From NCBI GenBank assembly GCA_902615625.1, contig CACMPM010000001.1, forward strand, positions 169-64,168: DNA of 64,000 nt, read 5' to 3'. This DNA is from an uncultured Alphaproteobacteria bacterium (GTDB lineage Bacteria > Pseudomonadota > Alphaproteobacteria > HIMB59 > GCA-002718135). Positions 1-10,545 of the stretch are shown in pieces (the stretch's first letter is position 1; every line of letters starts with the position of its first letter). Both the position numbers and the translations under genes were made by a program. Under the pieces are notes generated by a model. The model was given only the letters and a program-made list of their open reading frames with translations, was not told the DNA's origin and did not search any database.

Positions 1-1
1 T

Positions 2-322
2 TTTCCAGGTATAAATCTTTCAATGGAGACACTTTTAAAAAATGCTGACTTAATAAAAACTTCAAAAATCTCAAAATCAAATAAAATTGTTAATAATAAT
101 ACATCAGCTTCTATTCAATCAGGTTTCTATTTTGGTTATTTGCATGCAGTTAATGGCATTTTAAAGCAAATTAGTAAGGAGAATAACTTTAAGCCCAAAG
201 TCTATATTACAGGCGGTCTAGGTAAAATATTTAGGGATAAAATTATTTATAAACCTATATATATGGAACATTTGACATTAGAAGGAATAAAACAAATCGG
301 TAACAAACATTTTTATGAGTAA
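2..322 (+). CDS. coaX: Type III pantothenate kinase (CoaX), C-terminal fragment; the gene starts upstream of the window
   Basis: The frame is open from the window edge (FPGINLSMETL...). The GFYFGYLHAVNGIL and ITGGLG C-terminal motifs are typical of CoaX. Its stop overlaps the rnj start by 8 nt. Confidence 0.7.
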   Translation, partial: FPGINLSMETLLKNADLIKTSKISKSNKIVNNNTSASIQSGFYFGYLHAVNGILKQISKENNFKPKVYITGGLGKIFRDKIIYKPIYMEHLTLEGIKQIGNKHFYE

Positions 323-1988
323 TAATTTACACCTAAATGATTTTAATGAAGGACTACACTTTTTATCTCTTGGAGGTATTGGAGAAATAGGTGCAAATTG
401 TTATCTTTACGGATGCGATGGAAAATGGATAATGATAGATTTAGGTCTTTCATTTGCAGATGAAAAATTTCCTGGTGTAGATTTATTGGTGCCAAAAATA
501 GATCATATTGAAAGTTTAGAAGATAATCTAGAGGCTATTATTATCAGCCATGGTCATGAAGATCATGCAGGAGCTGTTGCGTTCTTAGCAAATAAAATTA
601 AATGTCCTGTATATGCTAGTAAATTTGCAAAATTTCTTATCGAAAATAGGCTAAAAGAATTCAATAAATTAGAAGGATTTACTTTAAAAGAGATAAATCT
701 AGAGAAGAAATTAATACTCAATAATTTTGATATAAGTTTTATTCCAACTACACACTCAATTCCTGAACCAACTGCAATAGTAATTAAAACAACATATGGA
801 TCATTACTTCATACTGCTGATTGGAAAATAGATCATTCACCTACTTTAGGAGAATCATTTTCAAAAGAAAAATTTGAAAAATTAGGAAATGAAGGATTAC
901 TTGCCTTAATAGGTGACTCTACTAATGCAAATGTGCCTGGTAAATCAGAATCTGAAAGTGATGTTAGAGATGAACTGACAAGTATATTTTCAAGATTTTC
1001 AAATAGAATTGTTGTTACCTGTTTTTCTTCAAATATTGCACGAATGAAAAATATTATTCAAGCAGCAAAAAAGAATAAAAGAAAGGTCGCTCTTGTTGGC
1101 AGGAGTATGAAAAAAAATATCGAAGTAGCAAGAAAATGTGGTTATGTTGCAGACGATGAAATTTTTATAAGTGAAGATGAAGCCTCTTATATACCAAGAG
1201 AAAATTTAGTCATAATTTGTACTGGAAGTCAGGGTGAAAAAAGATCTGCGCTTTTCAGAATAGCTTATAATTCTCATCAACATTTACATTTAGAGCCTGA
1301 AGATGTAGTAATTTTTAGCTCTAGAGATATTCCTGGTAATGAAAAATCAATAAATAATTTAAAGAACTTACTTATTAGACAAAGAGTTGAGATAGTAACT
1401 GCTGATGATGATTTAGTACATGTTTCAGGTCATGGTTATGCAGATGAAATAAAACAAATGTATAATTGGACAAAACCTTACTTATCTATTCCTGTGCATG
1501 GTGAACCTATGCATCTAGAGGCACATAAACAATTATCTTACTCATCTCAAGTACCATTTACTAAAATTTTAGAAAATGGAAAATGTCTCAAAATTGCACC
1601 AGGCGAACCTAAAATTGTAGAAAAATTTGAAACTGGAAAGTTAATTGTTGAAGGTAAAAATCTTTACGACTCTGAATCTGCTTTTATTAAAGAGAGAAGG
1701 AAATATTCATTTGAGGGGCTAGTTTTAATTTCTTTAATTATCAATGATGATGACTATTCAATTAATAAAAATATGTTACTGACTTTAAAAGGATTGCCGG
1801 GAATACATGAAGAAAATATTAAAAATGATTTTAAAATACTTTTTATAGAAAACTATACAAAACTTAGCAAAGATCAAAAATCGTCAAATCTTATAGTATC
1901 TGACTTAGTTAAAAGTAGTTTTAGAAAGATAATAAAAAATTCAATTCAAAAAAAACCAGAAATTGAAGTTCATTTAATACGATCTTAA
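315..1988 (+). CDS. rnj: Ribonuclease J (metallo-beta-lactamase / beta-CASP RNase)
   Basis: 557 aa. It has the HGHEDHAGA zinc motif, an N-terminal LSLGGIGEIGANCY segment, and beta-CASP-like TGSQGE and HVSGHG motifs. Confidence 0.85.
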   Translation: MSNNLHLNDFNEGLHFLSLGGIGEIGANCYLYGCDGKWIMIDLGLSFADEKFPGVDLLVPKIDHIESLEDNLEAIIISHGHEDHAGAVAFLANKIKCPVYASKFAKFLIENRLKEFNKLEGFTLKEINLEKKLILNNFDISFIPTTHSIPEPTAIVIKTTYGSLLHTADWKIDHSPTLGESFSKEKFEKLGNEGLLALIGDSTNANVPGKSESESDVRDELTSIFSRFSNRIVVTCFSSNIARMKNIIQAAKKNKRKVALVGRSMKKNIEVARKCGYVADDEIFISEDEASYIPRENLVIICTGSQGEKRSALFRIAYNSHQHLHLEPEDVVIFSSRDIPGNEKSINNLKNLLIRQRVEIVTADDDLVHVSGHGYADEIKQMYNWTKPYLSIPVHGEPMHLEAHKQLSYSSQVPFTKILENGKCLKIAPGEPKIVEKFETGKLIVEGKNLYDSESAFIKERRKYSFEGLVLISLIINDDDYSINKNMLLTLKGLPGIHEENIKNDFKILFIENYTKLSKDQKSSNLIVSDLVKSSFRKIIKNSIQKKPEIEVHLIRS

Positions 1989-2221
1989 TGGTTCTATTTA
2001 CTCATGTTCTAATTTTTATCCTTGTTTGGTGGATTTTATTTTTCATACTCCTACCGATTAAGATAAAAGTACCCCAAAAAGTAGAATCTGGACATGCAAA
2101 AAGTGCTCCAAGTAAGCCATATCTTCTAATAAAATTTATAGCAACTTCATTAATATCAGCTTTAATTTTATTTTTTTTGATTTTATTTGGATTTGATTTA
2201 TCAAATATATTTAATAAATGA
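1988..2221 (+). CDS. Small two-TM membrane protein, DUF1467-like
   Basis: 77 aa with two hydrophobic segments (WWILFFILLP...GHAKSAPSKP). It sits between rnj and proS, as I recall for other alphaproteobacteria. It is coupled through TAATG and ATGA overlaps. Confidence 0.6.
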   Translation: MVLFTHVLIFILVWWILFFILLPIKIKVPQKVESGHAKSAPSKPYLLIKFIATSLISALILFFLILFGFDLSNIFNK

Positions 2222-3513
2222 AATATTCTAACTTTTTTCTTCCCACTATTAAAGATGCGCCATCAGATGCTGAAATAATTTCACATAAATTAATGATCAG
2301 AGCTGGTATGATTAAACAATCTAGTGCCGGTATTTATTCGTGGTTACCTCTAGGTCTACTTGTATTAAAAAAAATTGAACAGATTGTTAGAGAGGAACAA
2401 AATAATGCAGGAGCAGTAGAACTACTTATGCCTACGATTCAATCGTCTGATTTATGGATTAAATCAGGAAGATACGATGATTATGGAAAAGAAATGTTGA
2501 GGATTACAGATAGAAGTGGAAGGGAAATGCTTTACGGCCCAACAAATGAAGAGTTAATTACAGATATATTTCAAGCACATATAAATTCTTACAAAGATCT
2601 TCCAAAAAATCTTTATCATATTCAATGGAAATTCCGAGATGAAGTTAGGCCTAGGTTTGGAGTAATGCGAGGAAGAGAATTCTTAATGAAGGATAATTAT
2701 TCATTTGATCTTGATGAAAACGAAGCAAAAAAATCTTATGATAATATGTTTAAAGCATACATAAAAACTTTTATTAGAATGGGTTTAACACCAATTTCCT
2801 TAAGAGCGGAAACTGGGCCAATTGGCGGTAACTTAAGTCATGAATTTCAAATACTAGCTAAGACTGGTGAAAGTACACTTTATTATGATAAAAAATTAGA
2901 AACACTAAACCCTGAAACTATAGACCCAAATGAGTTGCAGTCATTTTATGCTGCAGTTGATGATCAACATGATGCAAAAAATTGTCCAATTTCAAATGAA
3001 GATTTAAAAATTTCTAAGGGCATTGAAGTAGGTCATATATTTTATTTTGGAACAAAATATTCTGAGAAATTAAACGCATTTGTTCAAGATAAAAACGGGA
3101 AAAATGTTGCAGTACATATGGGATCATATGGCATTGGTGTTTCAAGACTTGTTGGTGCAATTATAGAAGCTTATCATGATGAAAAAGGAATTAGGTGGCC
3201 TTTAGAAGTTGCTCCATTTAAGGTTTCCATAGTTAATTTAATGCCAGAAGATCAAGATTGTGCCACAAAATCATCAGAATGTTATGAATATTTTATGAAA
3301 AATAATATTGAAGTTATTTTAGATGATAGAATCTGCAGTATAGGAAAAAAATTATCTGATAATGAGCTAATTGGGACACCATATCAAATTATTATTGGCA
3401 AAAGAGATTTAAAAGATAATTTAGTAGAAATAAAAAATCGCCAAAATAATGAAAGTGAAAAAATTTCATCCAGTAGTGTAATTGATTTTATTAATAATAA
3501 GTTAAAAAAATAG
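2218..3513 (+). CDS. proS: Prolyl-tRNA synthetase, short alphaproteobacterial form without the INS editing domain
   Basis: 431 aa. Class II motifs FRDEVRPRFGVMRGREF and GSYGIGVSRL are present. The length is too short to hold the insertion editing domain. Confidence 0.95.
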   Translation: MKYSNFFLPTIKDAPSDAEIISHKLMIRAGMIKQSSAGIYSWLPLGLLVLKKIEQIVREEQNNAGAVELLMPTIQSSDLWIKSGRYDDYGKEMLRITDRSGREMLYGPTNEELITDIFQAHINSYKDLPKNLYHIQWKFRDEVRPRFGVMRGREFLMKDNYSFDLDENEAKKSYDNMFKAYIKTFIRMGLTPISLRAETGPIGGNLSHEFQILAKTGESTLYYDKKLETLNPETIDPNELQSFYAAVDDQHDAKNCPISNEDLKISKGIEVGHIFYFGTKYSEKLNAFVQDKNGKNVAVHMGSYGIGVSRLVGAIIEAYHDEKGIRWPLEVAPFKVSIVNLMPEDQDCATKSSECYEYFMKNNIEVILDDRICSIGKKLSDNELIGTPYQIIIGKRDLKDNLVEIKNRQNNESEKISSSSVIDFINNKLKK

Positions 3514-4764
3514 ATGATTTCTAAATCAGAACGATTACTGATTTTTAGGTTTTTATTTTCTAAGAAATCCGATGGCTATGTGTCTATTTTCGCTTGGTTT
3601 TCAATAATAGGTATTAGTTTAGGAGTAGCAGCAATTATTATAGTTATGTCTGTTATGAATGGTTTTAGAATTGATCTAACTAACAGAATAATTGGACTTA
3701 ATTCACACCTTAATATTTATAGTTTTGATAATGAGATAACAAATAAGCAAGCTGATGAACTTATATTGAATATTGATAATTCTTTTTTTTACAAACACTA
3801 CAAATCTATTGAAACAAATGGATTAATTATAAAATCAAATAACTCAAAAGGTGTGATGATCAAAGGGTATGATGCATATGATAAAAATCATTATTTGTTT
3901 AATTCAATTAATATGGGCGTATTAATTCAAAATCCAAAAAGTGAAATATTAATTGGAGACTCCTTAGCAAACGAAATGAATTTAAGAGTGGGAGATAAGG
4001 TTAAAATTGCAATTCCAAAGACTGATAAAACAATATTAGGAAATATTCCAAGATTTAAAACATTGGAGGTAGTAGGTGTATTTGATCTAGGTTTATATGA
4101 ATATGATTCAAGTTTAATTTTTTTATCTTCAGAACTTGTTAGAAAATTACTCTTATATGATGAAGATATATATAACAAAATTGAATTCTTTACATCATCT
4201 CCTAATGAAATTGAATTATTTAAAAATAAAGTAGAATTAGAAACATCTAATCTTTTATTAAATTTTTATTCAATATCTTGGAAAGATCAAAACAAAACCT
4301 TAATAAATGCACTTAAAGTGGAAAAGAATGTTATGTTTATTATCCTTTCTTTAATCATCTTAGTTGCATCATTAAATATTATTTCAGGTTTAATTATTTT
4401 TGTAAAAGAAAAAAATAAGGATATTGGCATTTTAAAAACTATTGGAATGAGTAATAAAAGTATTATAAAAATTTTTTTTACTATTGGAATCTCAATTGGC
4501 TTGATTGGCTCATTAATAGGATTAATAATTGGAATACTTTTCACAATAAATATTAAATCAATTCAAAGTTTTTTAGAATATTTACTTGGGACAAAGCTCT
4601 TTTCTGAAGAAGTCTATTATTTATCATCTTTACCTTCAAAGATTAGTATAAATGAGGTTGTTTACGTACTTTGTGTGGCTATAATCATATCAATTATCTC
4701 AACTATTTTTCCAGCTTTAAGTTCAGCCAGAATAGATCCTATTAAGAGTTTAAGAAGTGAATAA
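3514..4764 (+). CDS. lolC: Lipoprotein-releasing ABC transporter permease (LolC/E family)
   Basis: 416 aa with an N-terminal TM, a large periplasmic loop and a C-terminal FtsX-type three-TM bundle. It overlaps the downstream lolD by 8 nt. Confidence 0.85.
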   Translation: MISKSERLLIFRFLFSKKSDGYVSIFAWFSIIGISLGVAAIIIVMSVMNGFRIDLTNRIIGLNSHLNIYSFDNEITNKQADELILNIDNSFFYKHYKSIETNGLIIKSNNSKGVMIKGYDAYDKNHYLFNSINMGVLIQNPKSEILIGDSLANEMNLRVGDKVKIAIPKTDKTILGNIPRFKTLEVVGVFDLGLYEYDSSLIFLSSELVRKLLLYDEDIYNKIEFFTSSPNEIELFKNKVELETSNLLLNFYSISWKDQNKTLINALKVEKNVMFIILSLIILVASLNIISGLIIFVKEKNKDIGILKTIGMSNKSIIKIFFTIGISIGLIGSLIGLIIGILFTINIKSIQSFLEYLLGTKLFSEEVYYLSSLPSKISINEVVYVLCVAIIISIISTIFPALSSARIDPIKSLRSE

Positions 4765-5446
4765 CAAATATTTATTAGAGATATCTAGTTTAGGTAAAAA
4801 TTATTCTAATGAAAATAATTTAAAAATTGAGATAATTAAAAATCTTAATTTTAAATTAATGCAAAACACTAAAGTTGCGATTGTTGGGCCTTCAGGTTCA
4901 GGCAAAACTACTTTTCTTAATATTATTGGTTTACTTGATTCAGAATATGATGGAAAAGTTTATTTTAAGAATAAAGATATTTCTTTATGCTCTAAAGATG
5001 AAACAAATAAAATTAGAGGATTATCAATTGGTTTTATTCATCAATTTTTTCATCTGATACCTGAACTCACTGTTATCGAGAATGTTATGCTTCCATTATT
5101 AATAAATAAAAATGAAAAGCAAAGTTATGAATTATCTAAAAAACTACTTCTTGAATTTGGTTTAGATGAAAGGATTAATTATAAACCTTTAAAGTTATCT
5201 GGAGGAGAACAACAAAGAGTCGCTATTGCAAGATCATTAATTAACAATCCAGATTTAATTTTAGCTGATGAGATGACTGGAAATCTTGATGAAGATACTG
5301 CTAACAACATTTTTAAATTTTTTATAAATTATATAGAACAAAATAAAAAAACTTTAGTATATGTTACTCATAACAAAACTTATTCTTTACTAGCTGATGA
5401 AATTTATTATTTTAAAAACAAGAATATACAATTAAAGAATGAATAA
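4757..5446 (+). CDS. lolD: Lipoprotein-releasing ABC transporter ATP-binding protein
   Basis: Walker A GPSGSGKTT, ABC signature LSGGEQQRVAIARSL and Walker B LILADE are present. Confidence 0.85.
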   Translation: MNNKYLLEISSLGKNYSNENNLKIEIIKNLNFKLMQNTKVAIVGPSGSGKTTFLNIIGLLDSEYDGKVYFKNKDISLCSKDETNKIRGLSIGFIHQFFHLIPELTVIENVMLPLLINKNEKQSYELSKKLLLEFGLDERINYKPLKLSGGEQQRVAIARSLINNPDLILADEMTGNLDEDTANNIFKFFINYIEQNKKTLVYVTHNKTYSLLADEIYYFKNKNIQLKNE

Positions 5447-8400
5447 TCCTTTTATTCATTTACGATCTTTATCTTCATATTCTTTATCTGAAAGTACTCT
5501 AAAAATTACTAATTTAGTAGATCTTGCTAAAAAAAATGACATGCCTGCAATTGCTATTACAGATAATAATAATATGTTTGGAGTTTTTGAGTTTTCAAAA
5601 GAATGTGTAAAAAATAATATTCAACCTATAATTGGAACTTCAATAAATTTATTAGATGTTGTTGTAAATAATCAAATTTCCCAAGTTACATTTTTAGTCA
5701 AAAATGAAATCGGGTATAGAAATCTATTAGAATTAAGCTCACTTTCTCATCTTAATGAAGGAAATTATATTGGTATATACTTTTCACAATTAGAGAAATT
5801 TTCTGAAGGTTTATTCTGTTATATAGGTGGTGAATTTAATCCTCTACTTTTATTAAAAAAAGAAAACAAAAAAAAAGATATCATTCAATTAATAAGTAAT
5901 TTTAAAAAAGTTTTTAAGCAAAATTTTCTTTTTGAAATTCAAAGAATAAATGATCAAAATATCGATGCATTTGAAAAAGAATTTATTAATTTCTCAAAAG
6001 AATTTGACATACCCCTTATTGGTTCAAATAATATTAAGTATGCTAATAAAGATGATTATTCAGCTCATGATGCATTACTATGTATTGCTCAAAAATCTAC
6101 AATTAACAATTCTCAAAGAAATACCTCAAATGAAAATATTTATTTTAAGTCAAATGAAGAAATGTCTTCAAATTTTGAAGATATTCCTGAAATAATACAA
6201 AATAATTTTAATATTGCTTTATCTTGTAACTATTTTCCTGAGTCAACAAAACCACAATTACCTGAATTTAAAAATGATTTAAATTTATCAGCAGAAGATT
6301 TTTTATTAAAATTCTCAGAACTGGGACTTGAAAAAAAAATAAAAGAAAAGAATATTCAGAATATACAAATTTATAGAGATAGATTGAAATATGAAAATGG
6401 AATAATAATTAGAATGGGTTTTGCAGGATATTTTTTAATAGTAGCAGATTTTGTTAATTGGGCTAAAGAGCAATTCATTCCTGTTGGCCCCGGAAGAGGA
6501 TCAGGTGCTGGTAGTTTAGTAGCTTGGTGTTTAGGAATAACTGATCTAGATCCATTAGAATATGAATTATTATTTGAAAGATTCTTAAATCCAGAAAGAG
6601 TGTCAATGCCAGATTTTGATATAGATTTTTGTCAAACTAGAAGAGATGAAGTTATTGAATATGTAAATAATAAATATGGAAGTGAATGTGTTGCTCATAT
6701 AATTACATTCGGTACTCTAGCATCTAGAGCTGCAGTAAGAGATATAGGTAGAGTTTTAGAAGTTCCATATGGAGAAGTAGATTCTTTTGCTAAACTGATA
6801 CCTTTTAATCCATCAAATCCACTTACTTTAAGTGAGTCAATTAAATCTGAAAGAAGCTTACAAGAAAGGATAAGCAGTGATGAAAGAATTTCAAATATTA
6901 TTGATGTAAGTCTAAAAATTGAAGGAACTCACAGACATGCTTCAACCCATGCTGCTGGAGTTGTAATTGGTCATGAAAAGTTATCTAAAGTAGTTCCTTT
7001 ATACAAAGATCAAAATACTAATACAAATGCTACACAATTTTCAATGAAATATGTTGAAGAGGCAGGTTTAATAAAATTTGATTTTCTGGGTTTAACTACA
7101 TTATCTATTATAGATGATTGCAGAAAATTAATTGTTAAAGAAAATAAAAATTTTTTAATAAATAAAATACCTCTTAATGATACAAAAACCTATAATCAGT
7201 TAAGTAAAGGGGATACAGTTGGAATATTCCAATTAGAAAGCAATGGTATGGGTAGTGTTCTTCGCCAACTACAGCCTGATAGATTTGAGGAAATCATTGC
7301 TGTTGTAGCCTTGTTTAGACCAGGGCCAATGGATAACATACCATCTTTTTGTAATAGAAAACATGGGCGTGAAGAAATTAAATACCTTCATTCTATGTTA
7401 GAGGATGTCTTAAAAGAAACTTATGGAATTATTGTTTATCAAGAACAAGTAATGCAGATTGCGCAAGTTTTATCAAATTATTCTTTAGGTGAAGCAGACT
7501 TATTAAGAAGAGCAATGGGAAAAAAAATTCAAAAGGAAATGGATATGCAAAAATCAAGATTTATTGAGGGTGCTGTTCAAAATAATATTGAAAAGAAAGA
7601 AGCTTCAAAAATTTTTGATTTAGTTGATAAATTTGCCGGTTATGGCTTTAATAAAAGTCATGCTGCAGCTTATGCTTTAATAGCTTATCAAACTGCTTAT
7701 TTAAAAGCAAATTTTCCTCACGAATTTCTTACAGCAACTTTAAATTATTCTGTAGATAGAACAGAAAAAATAATTCTACTTAAACAAGAAATAGAAAGAT
7801 TAAATATCAATTTTTTAAAACCAGATATAAATTTTTCTGCTCCTTTGTTTTCAATTGAAATGAATGAAAACTTAAAATCGATAAGATTTGGATTAGCAGC
7901 AATTAAAGGTGTTGGTTTAAAATCAATTTCTAGCATGGTTGATGAAAGAAATAAAAATGGCAAATTTAAAAGTATCATTGATTTTATGAATAGAGTTTCT
8001 AAAGAGGTAATAAATAAAAGACAGCTTGAAAAACTTATACAAGCTGGAGCTTTTGATAGTATTGAAGCTAACAGATCGAAATTATTTAATAATGTACCAA
8101 AATTTGTTGAACTATTTGGAGGAGAAAAAAATATTAATCAAGACATGCTTTTTGAAGAAAATGAAATTTCTTTTGAAGATAAAAACCTGTTCTATCAAAA
8201 CTATAAAGAATGGAACAATGTAGAAATTTTATCTAACGAATTAGAGGTTATTGGATTTTATTTTTCTGATCACCCATTAAATCATTATCCAAAAAAGTTT
8301 TTTGAATTAGAGAATATTATGTCTTTTAAAAACTATTCAGAAAGCAATGATTCAAGTGTTATTAAAGTTTGTGGTGCTATTTTAGATATTAAGGAAAGAT

Positions 8401-8843
8401 CAAATAAAGATGGAAAAAAATATGCATTTATAACAGTATCAGAAACTAATTTTCAATTTGAATTAACTATATTTAGTGAAAATTTATATAAGTACCGACC
8501 ATTATTAAAAGAGGGAAATTTGTTAATATTCAATATAGATGTCGTAAGAAGTAATACTGAAACACGTTTTATAATAAGGTCAATAGAATCTTTGGAAAAA
8601 ACATTTATTAAAAATAATTATAAATTTAATATTTACACAAACTTTAAAAATATGGATAAATGTAAAGATAATATTTTTATAAAAAAAGAAAGTGATAATA
8701 ATGATAATTTTATTGATGTCTTCATTACAGTGGATCAGAAATTAGTGAATTTTAACTTTAATAAATATTCAATTAAATCATACAAAAAACTTGATGATTT
8801 GAATAAATCAAAAATTTTAGATTATTCTTTAGAATTATCTTGA
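5439..8843 (+). CDS. dnaE: DNA polymerase III alpha subunit
   Basis: 1134 aa. It has a PHP N-terminus (FIHLRSLSSYSL), GPGRGSGAGSLVAWCLGITDLDP, PDFDIDF, and an OB-fold-containing C-terminal region. Confidence 0.97.
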   Translation: MNNPFIHLRSLSSYSLSESTLKITNLVDLAKKNDMPAIAITDNNNMFGVFEFSKECVKNNIQPIIGTSINLLDVVVNNQISQVTFLVKNEIGYRNLLELSSLSHLNEGNYIGIYFSQLEKFSEGLFCYIGGEFNPLLLLKKENKKKDIIQLISNFKKVFKQNFLFEIQRINDQNIDAFEKEFINFSKEFDIPLIGSNNIKYANKDDYSAHDALLCIAQKSTINNSQRNTSNENIYFKSNEEMSSNFEDIPEIIQNNFNIALSCNYFPESTKPQLPEFKNDLNLSAEDFLLKFSELGLEKKIKEKNIQNIQIYRDRLKYENGIIIRMGFAGYFLIVADFVNWAKEQFIPVGPGRGSGAGSLVAWCLGITDLDPLEYELLFERFLNPERVSMPDFDIDFCQTRRDEVIEYVNNKYGSECVAHIITFGTLASRAAVRDIGRVLEVPYGEVDSFAKLIPFNPSNPLTLSESIKSERSLQERISSDERISNIIDVSLKIEGTHRHASTHAAGVVIGHEKLSKVVPLYKDQNTNTNATQFSMKYVEEAGLIKFDFLGLTTLSIIDDCRKLIVKENKNFLINKIPLNDTKTYNQLSKGDTVGIFQLESNGMGSVLRQLQPDRFEEIIAVVALFRPGPMDNIPSFCNRKHGREEIKYLHSMLEDVLKETYGIIVYQEQVMQIAQVLSNYSLGEADLLRRAMGKKIQKEMDMQKSRFIEGAVQNNIEKKEASKIFDLVDKFAGYGFNKSHAAAYALIAYQTAYLKANFPHEFLTATLNYSVDRTEKIILLKQEIERLNINFLKPDINFSAPLFSIEMNENLKSIRFGLAAIKGVGLKSISSMVDERNKNGKFKSIIDFMNRVSKEVINKRQLEKLIQAGAFDSIEANRSKLFNNVPKFVELFGGEKNINQDMLFEENEISFEDKNLFYQNYKEWNNVEILSNELEVIGFYFSDHPLNHYPKKFFELENIMSFKNYSESNDSSVIKVCGAILDIKERSNKDGKKYAFITVSETNFQFELTIFSENLYKYRPLLKEGNLLIFNIDVVRSNTETRFIIRSIESLEKTFIKNNYKFNIYTNFKNMDKCKDNIFIKKESDNNDNFIDVFITVDQKLVNFNFNKYSIKSYKKLDDLNKSKILDYSLELS

Positions 8844-8888
8844 AAAAATAATACTATATAATAATAAGACTACATATTAAATCTAGCA

Positions 8889-8935
8889 CACAGAAAAAAC
8901 CGGTGTTTTTATTTCTGTGGAGGTTAAACCGGGAG
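8889..8935 (+). promoter_or_regulatory. rpsB 5' leader: extended hairpin plus a possible CCGG-CCGG pseudoknot reaching the Shine-Dalgarno
   Basis: CACAGAAA (8889-8896) pairs with TTTCTGTG (8912-8919). An inner AAAC/GTTT helix closes a CCGG-containing loop (8900-8903). A second CCGG (8929-8932) overlaps the GGGAG SD, which lies 5 nt before the ATG at 8941. Confidence 0.35.
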
Positions 8936-8940
8936 TTGAT

Positions 8941-9693
8941 ATGAATTTACCAGAAGTAAAAATTGAAGATCTTCTAGAGTCTGGCGTACATTTTGGGCAT
9001 AACGTTAGAAGATGGAATCCAAAAATGAAAGAATACATTTATGGTGTTAGAAATAACATACATATTTTTGATTTAAGAATTACTTTAGAGTTGCTTAATG
9101 TTGCTCTTACAAAAATCCATGAAACTGTTTCTAAATCTGGGAAAATTCTTTTTGTAGGAACAAAAAAACAGTGTAGCGATGTAGTCAAAGATTTAGCCGC
9201 GTTAAATAATAATTTTTATGTAAATAAAAGATGGCTAGGTGGAACATTAACTAACTGGAAAACAATTTCAAATTCTATAAAAAGATTAGAGGAAATTGAA
9301 CTATTTTTAAAAGATAATGATTTATCAAAAAACTTATCCAAAAAAGAATTATTAGATATTTCTAGAGAAAAGCAAAAACTAGAGTTAAATATAGGTGGTA
9401 TTAGAACACTTAATGGGAAACCAGATCTTTTAGTTGTATTCGATGTAATTAAGGATAAAATTGCAGTAAAAGAAGCAACAAAACTCAAAATACCTGTAGT
9501 TGGAATAGTTGATAGCAATGCCGATCCAGAAAATATCGATTATATAATTCCTGGCAATGATGATGCTCTTCGCTCAATAAATTTATATAAGAATTATTTT
9601 TTAGAAACTATTCAAGATGCTTCCAGTTTTAAAGATTCAATTGAAACTAAAGAAGAAAGTGTAGAAGAAGAAAAAATAAAGGATGTTAAATAA
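8941..9693 (+). CDS. rpsB: 30S ribosomal protein S2
   Basis: [29 protein letters not shown] is a canonical S2 N-terminus. I prefer the ATG at 8941 with the GGGAG SD over the track's upstream GTG at 8917. Confidence 0.95.
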   Translation: MNLPEVKIEDLLESGVHFGHNVRRWNPKMKEYIYGVRNNIHIFDLRITLELLNVALTKIHETVSKSGKILFVGTKKQCSDVVKDLAALNNNFYVNKRWLGGTLTNWKTISNSIKRLEEIELFLKDNDLSKNLSKKELLDISREKQKLELNIGGIRTLNGKPDLLVVFDVIKDKIAVKEATKLKIPVVGIVDSNADPENIDYIIPGNDDALRSINLYKNYFLETIQDASSFKDSIETKEESVEEEKIKDVK

Positions 9694-10544
9694 TGTCAAG
9701 TAAAACCGAATTAATTAAAGAATTAAGAGAAAAGACGGGAGCAGGTTTCTTAGATTGTAAAAAATCTTTGGAGGATAATAATAACGATATTGAAAAATCA
9801 ATTGAATCATTAAGAAAAAAAGGATTAGCAAAAGCATCTAAAAAAAGTGATAGATCGGCGATTGAAGGTGCAGTAGGTATTTATTCTAATGAAAATATTA
9901 CAGCGTTAATCAAAGTTAATAGTGAAACAGACTTTGCTGCTAAAAGTGATACCTTCTTAGACTTTCTTGATAGTTTAGGAAATTTAGCTTTAGAAAATAA
10001 TACTAATATTGATAAAGAACAATTTCTCAAATTACAGTTCCAAAAAGGAACTGTTCAAGATTATTTTAATTCAATGATTGCAAAAATTGGGGAAAATCTT
10101 ATTCTCAATGATTTAGCGATTAAAAATAAAAAAAATTCTAATCACTCATTTTACATACACAATAGTTATAGAACAAATATTGGAAAAATAATATCATTTG
10201 TAGAATATTCCACTACTGATCATAATACTGAAATTCAAGATTTATCAAAAAATTTATGTATGCATATTGCAGCAATGAAACCTGAATCTATAGATATTGA
10301 TGATTTAGATAAAAACTTGATAAATAATGAAGAAAAAATCCAAAAGGAATTAATTTTAAATTCTGGAAAACCATCAAATATAGTAGAAAAGATACTAGAA
10401 GGTAAAATGAAAAAATACTTTAGTGAAGTAACACTACTTAACCAATCTTATATTTTAGATCAAGATAAGACGGTTAGAGATATAATTAATCAATATTCAA
10501 AATATAAATACAACTTAATATCATTTGATTTAATTAATTTATAG
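9693..10544 (+). CDS. tsf: Elongation factor Ts
   Basis: N-terminal LIKELREKTGAGFLDCKKSL (UBA-like). TAATG junction with rpsB. Confidence 0.95.
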   Translation: MSSKTELIKELREKTGAGFLDCKKSLEDNNNDIEKSIESLRKKGLAKASKKSDRSAIEGAVGIYSNENITALIKVNSETDFAAKSDTFLDFLDSLGNLALENNTNIDKEQFLKLQFQKGTVQDYFNSMIAKIGENLILNDLAIKNKKNSNHSFYIHNSYRTNIGKIISFVEYSTTDHNTEIQDLSKNLCMHIAAMKPESIDIDDLDKNLINNEEKIQKELILNSGKPSNIVEKILEGKMKKYFSEVTLLNQSYILDQDKTVRDIINQYSKYKYNLISFDLINL

Positions 10545-10545
10545 A

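Noticed and set aside
8917-8940. GTG at 8917 as the rpsB start, as given in the ORF track.
   Set aside because: It would add 8 residues absent from canonical S2 N-termini, and it lies inside the leader hairpin. The ATG at 8941 has a GGGAG SD at ideal spacing.
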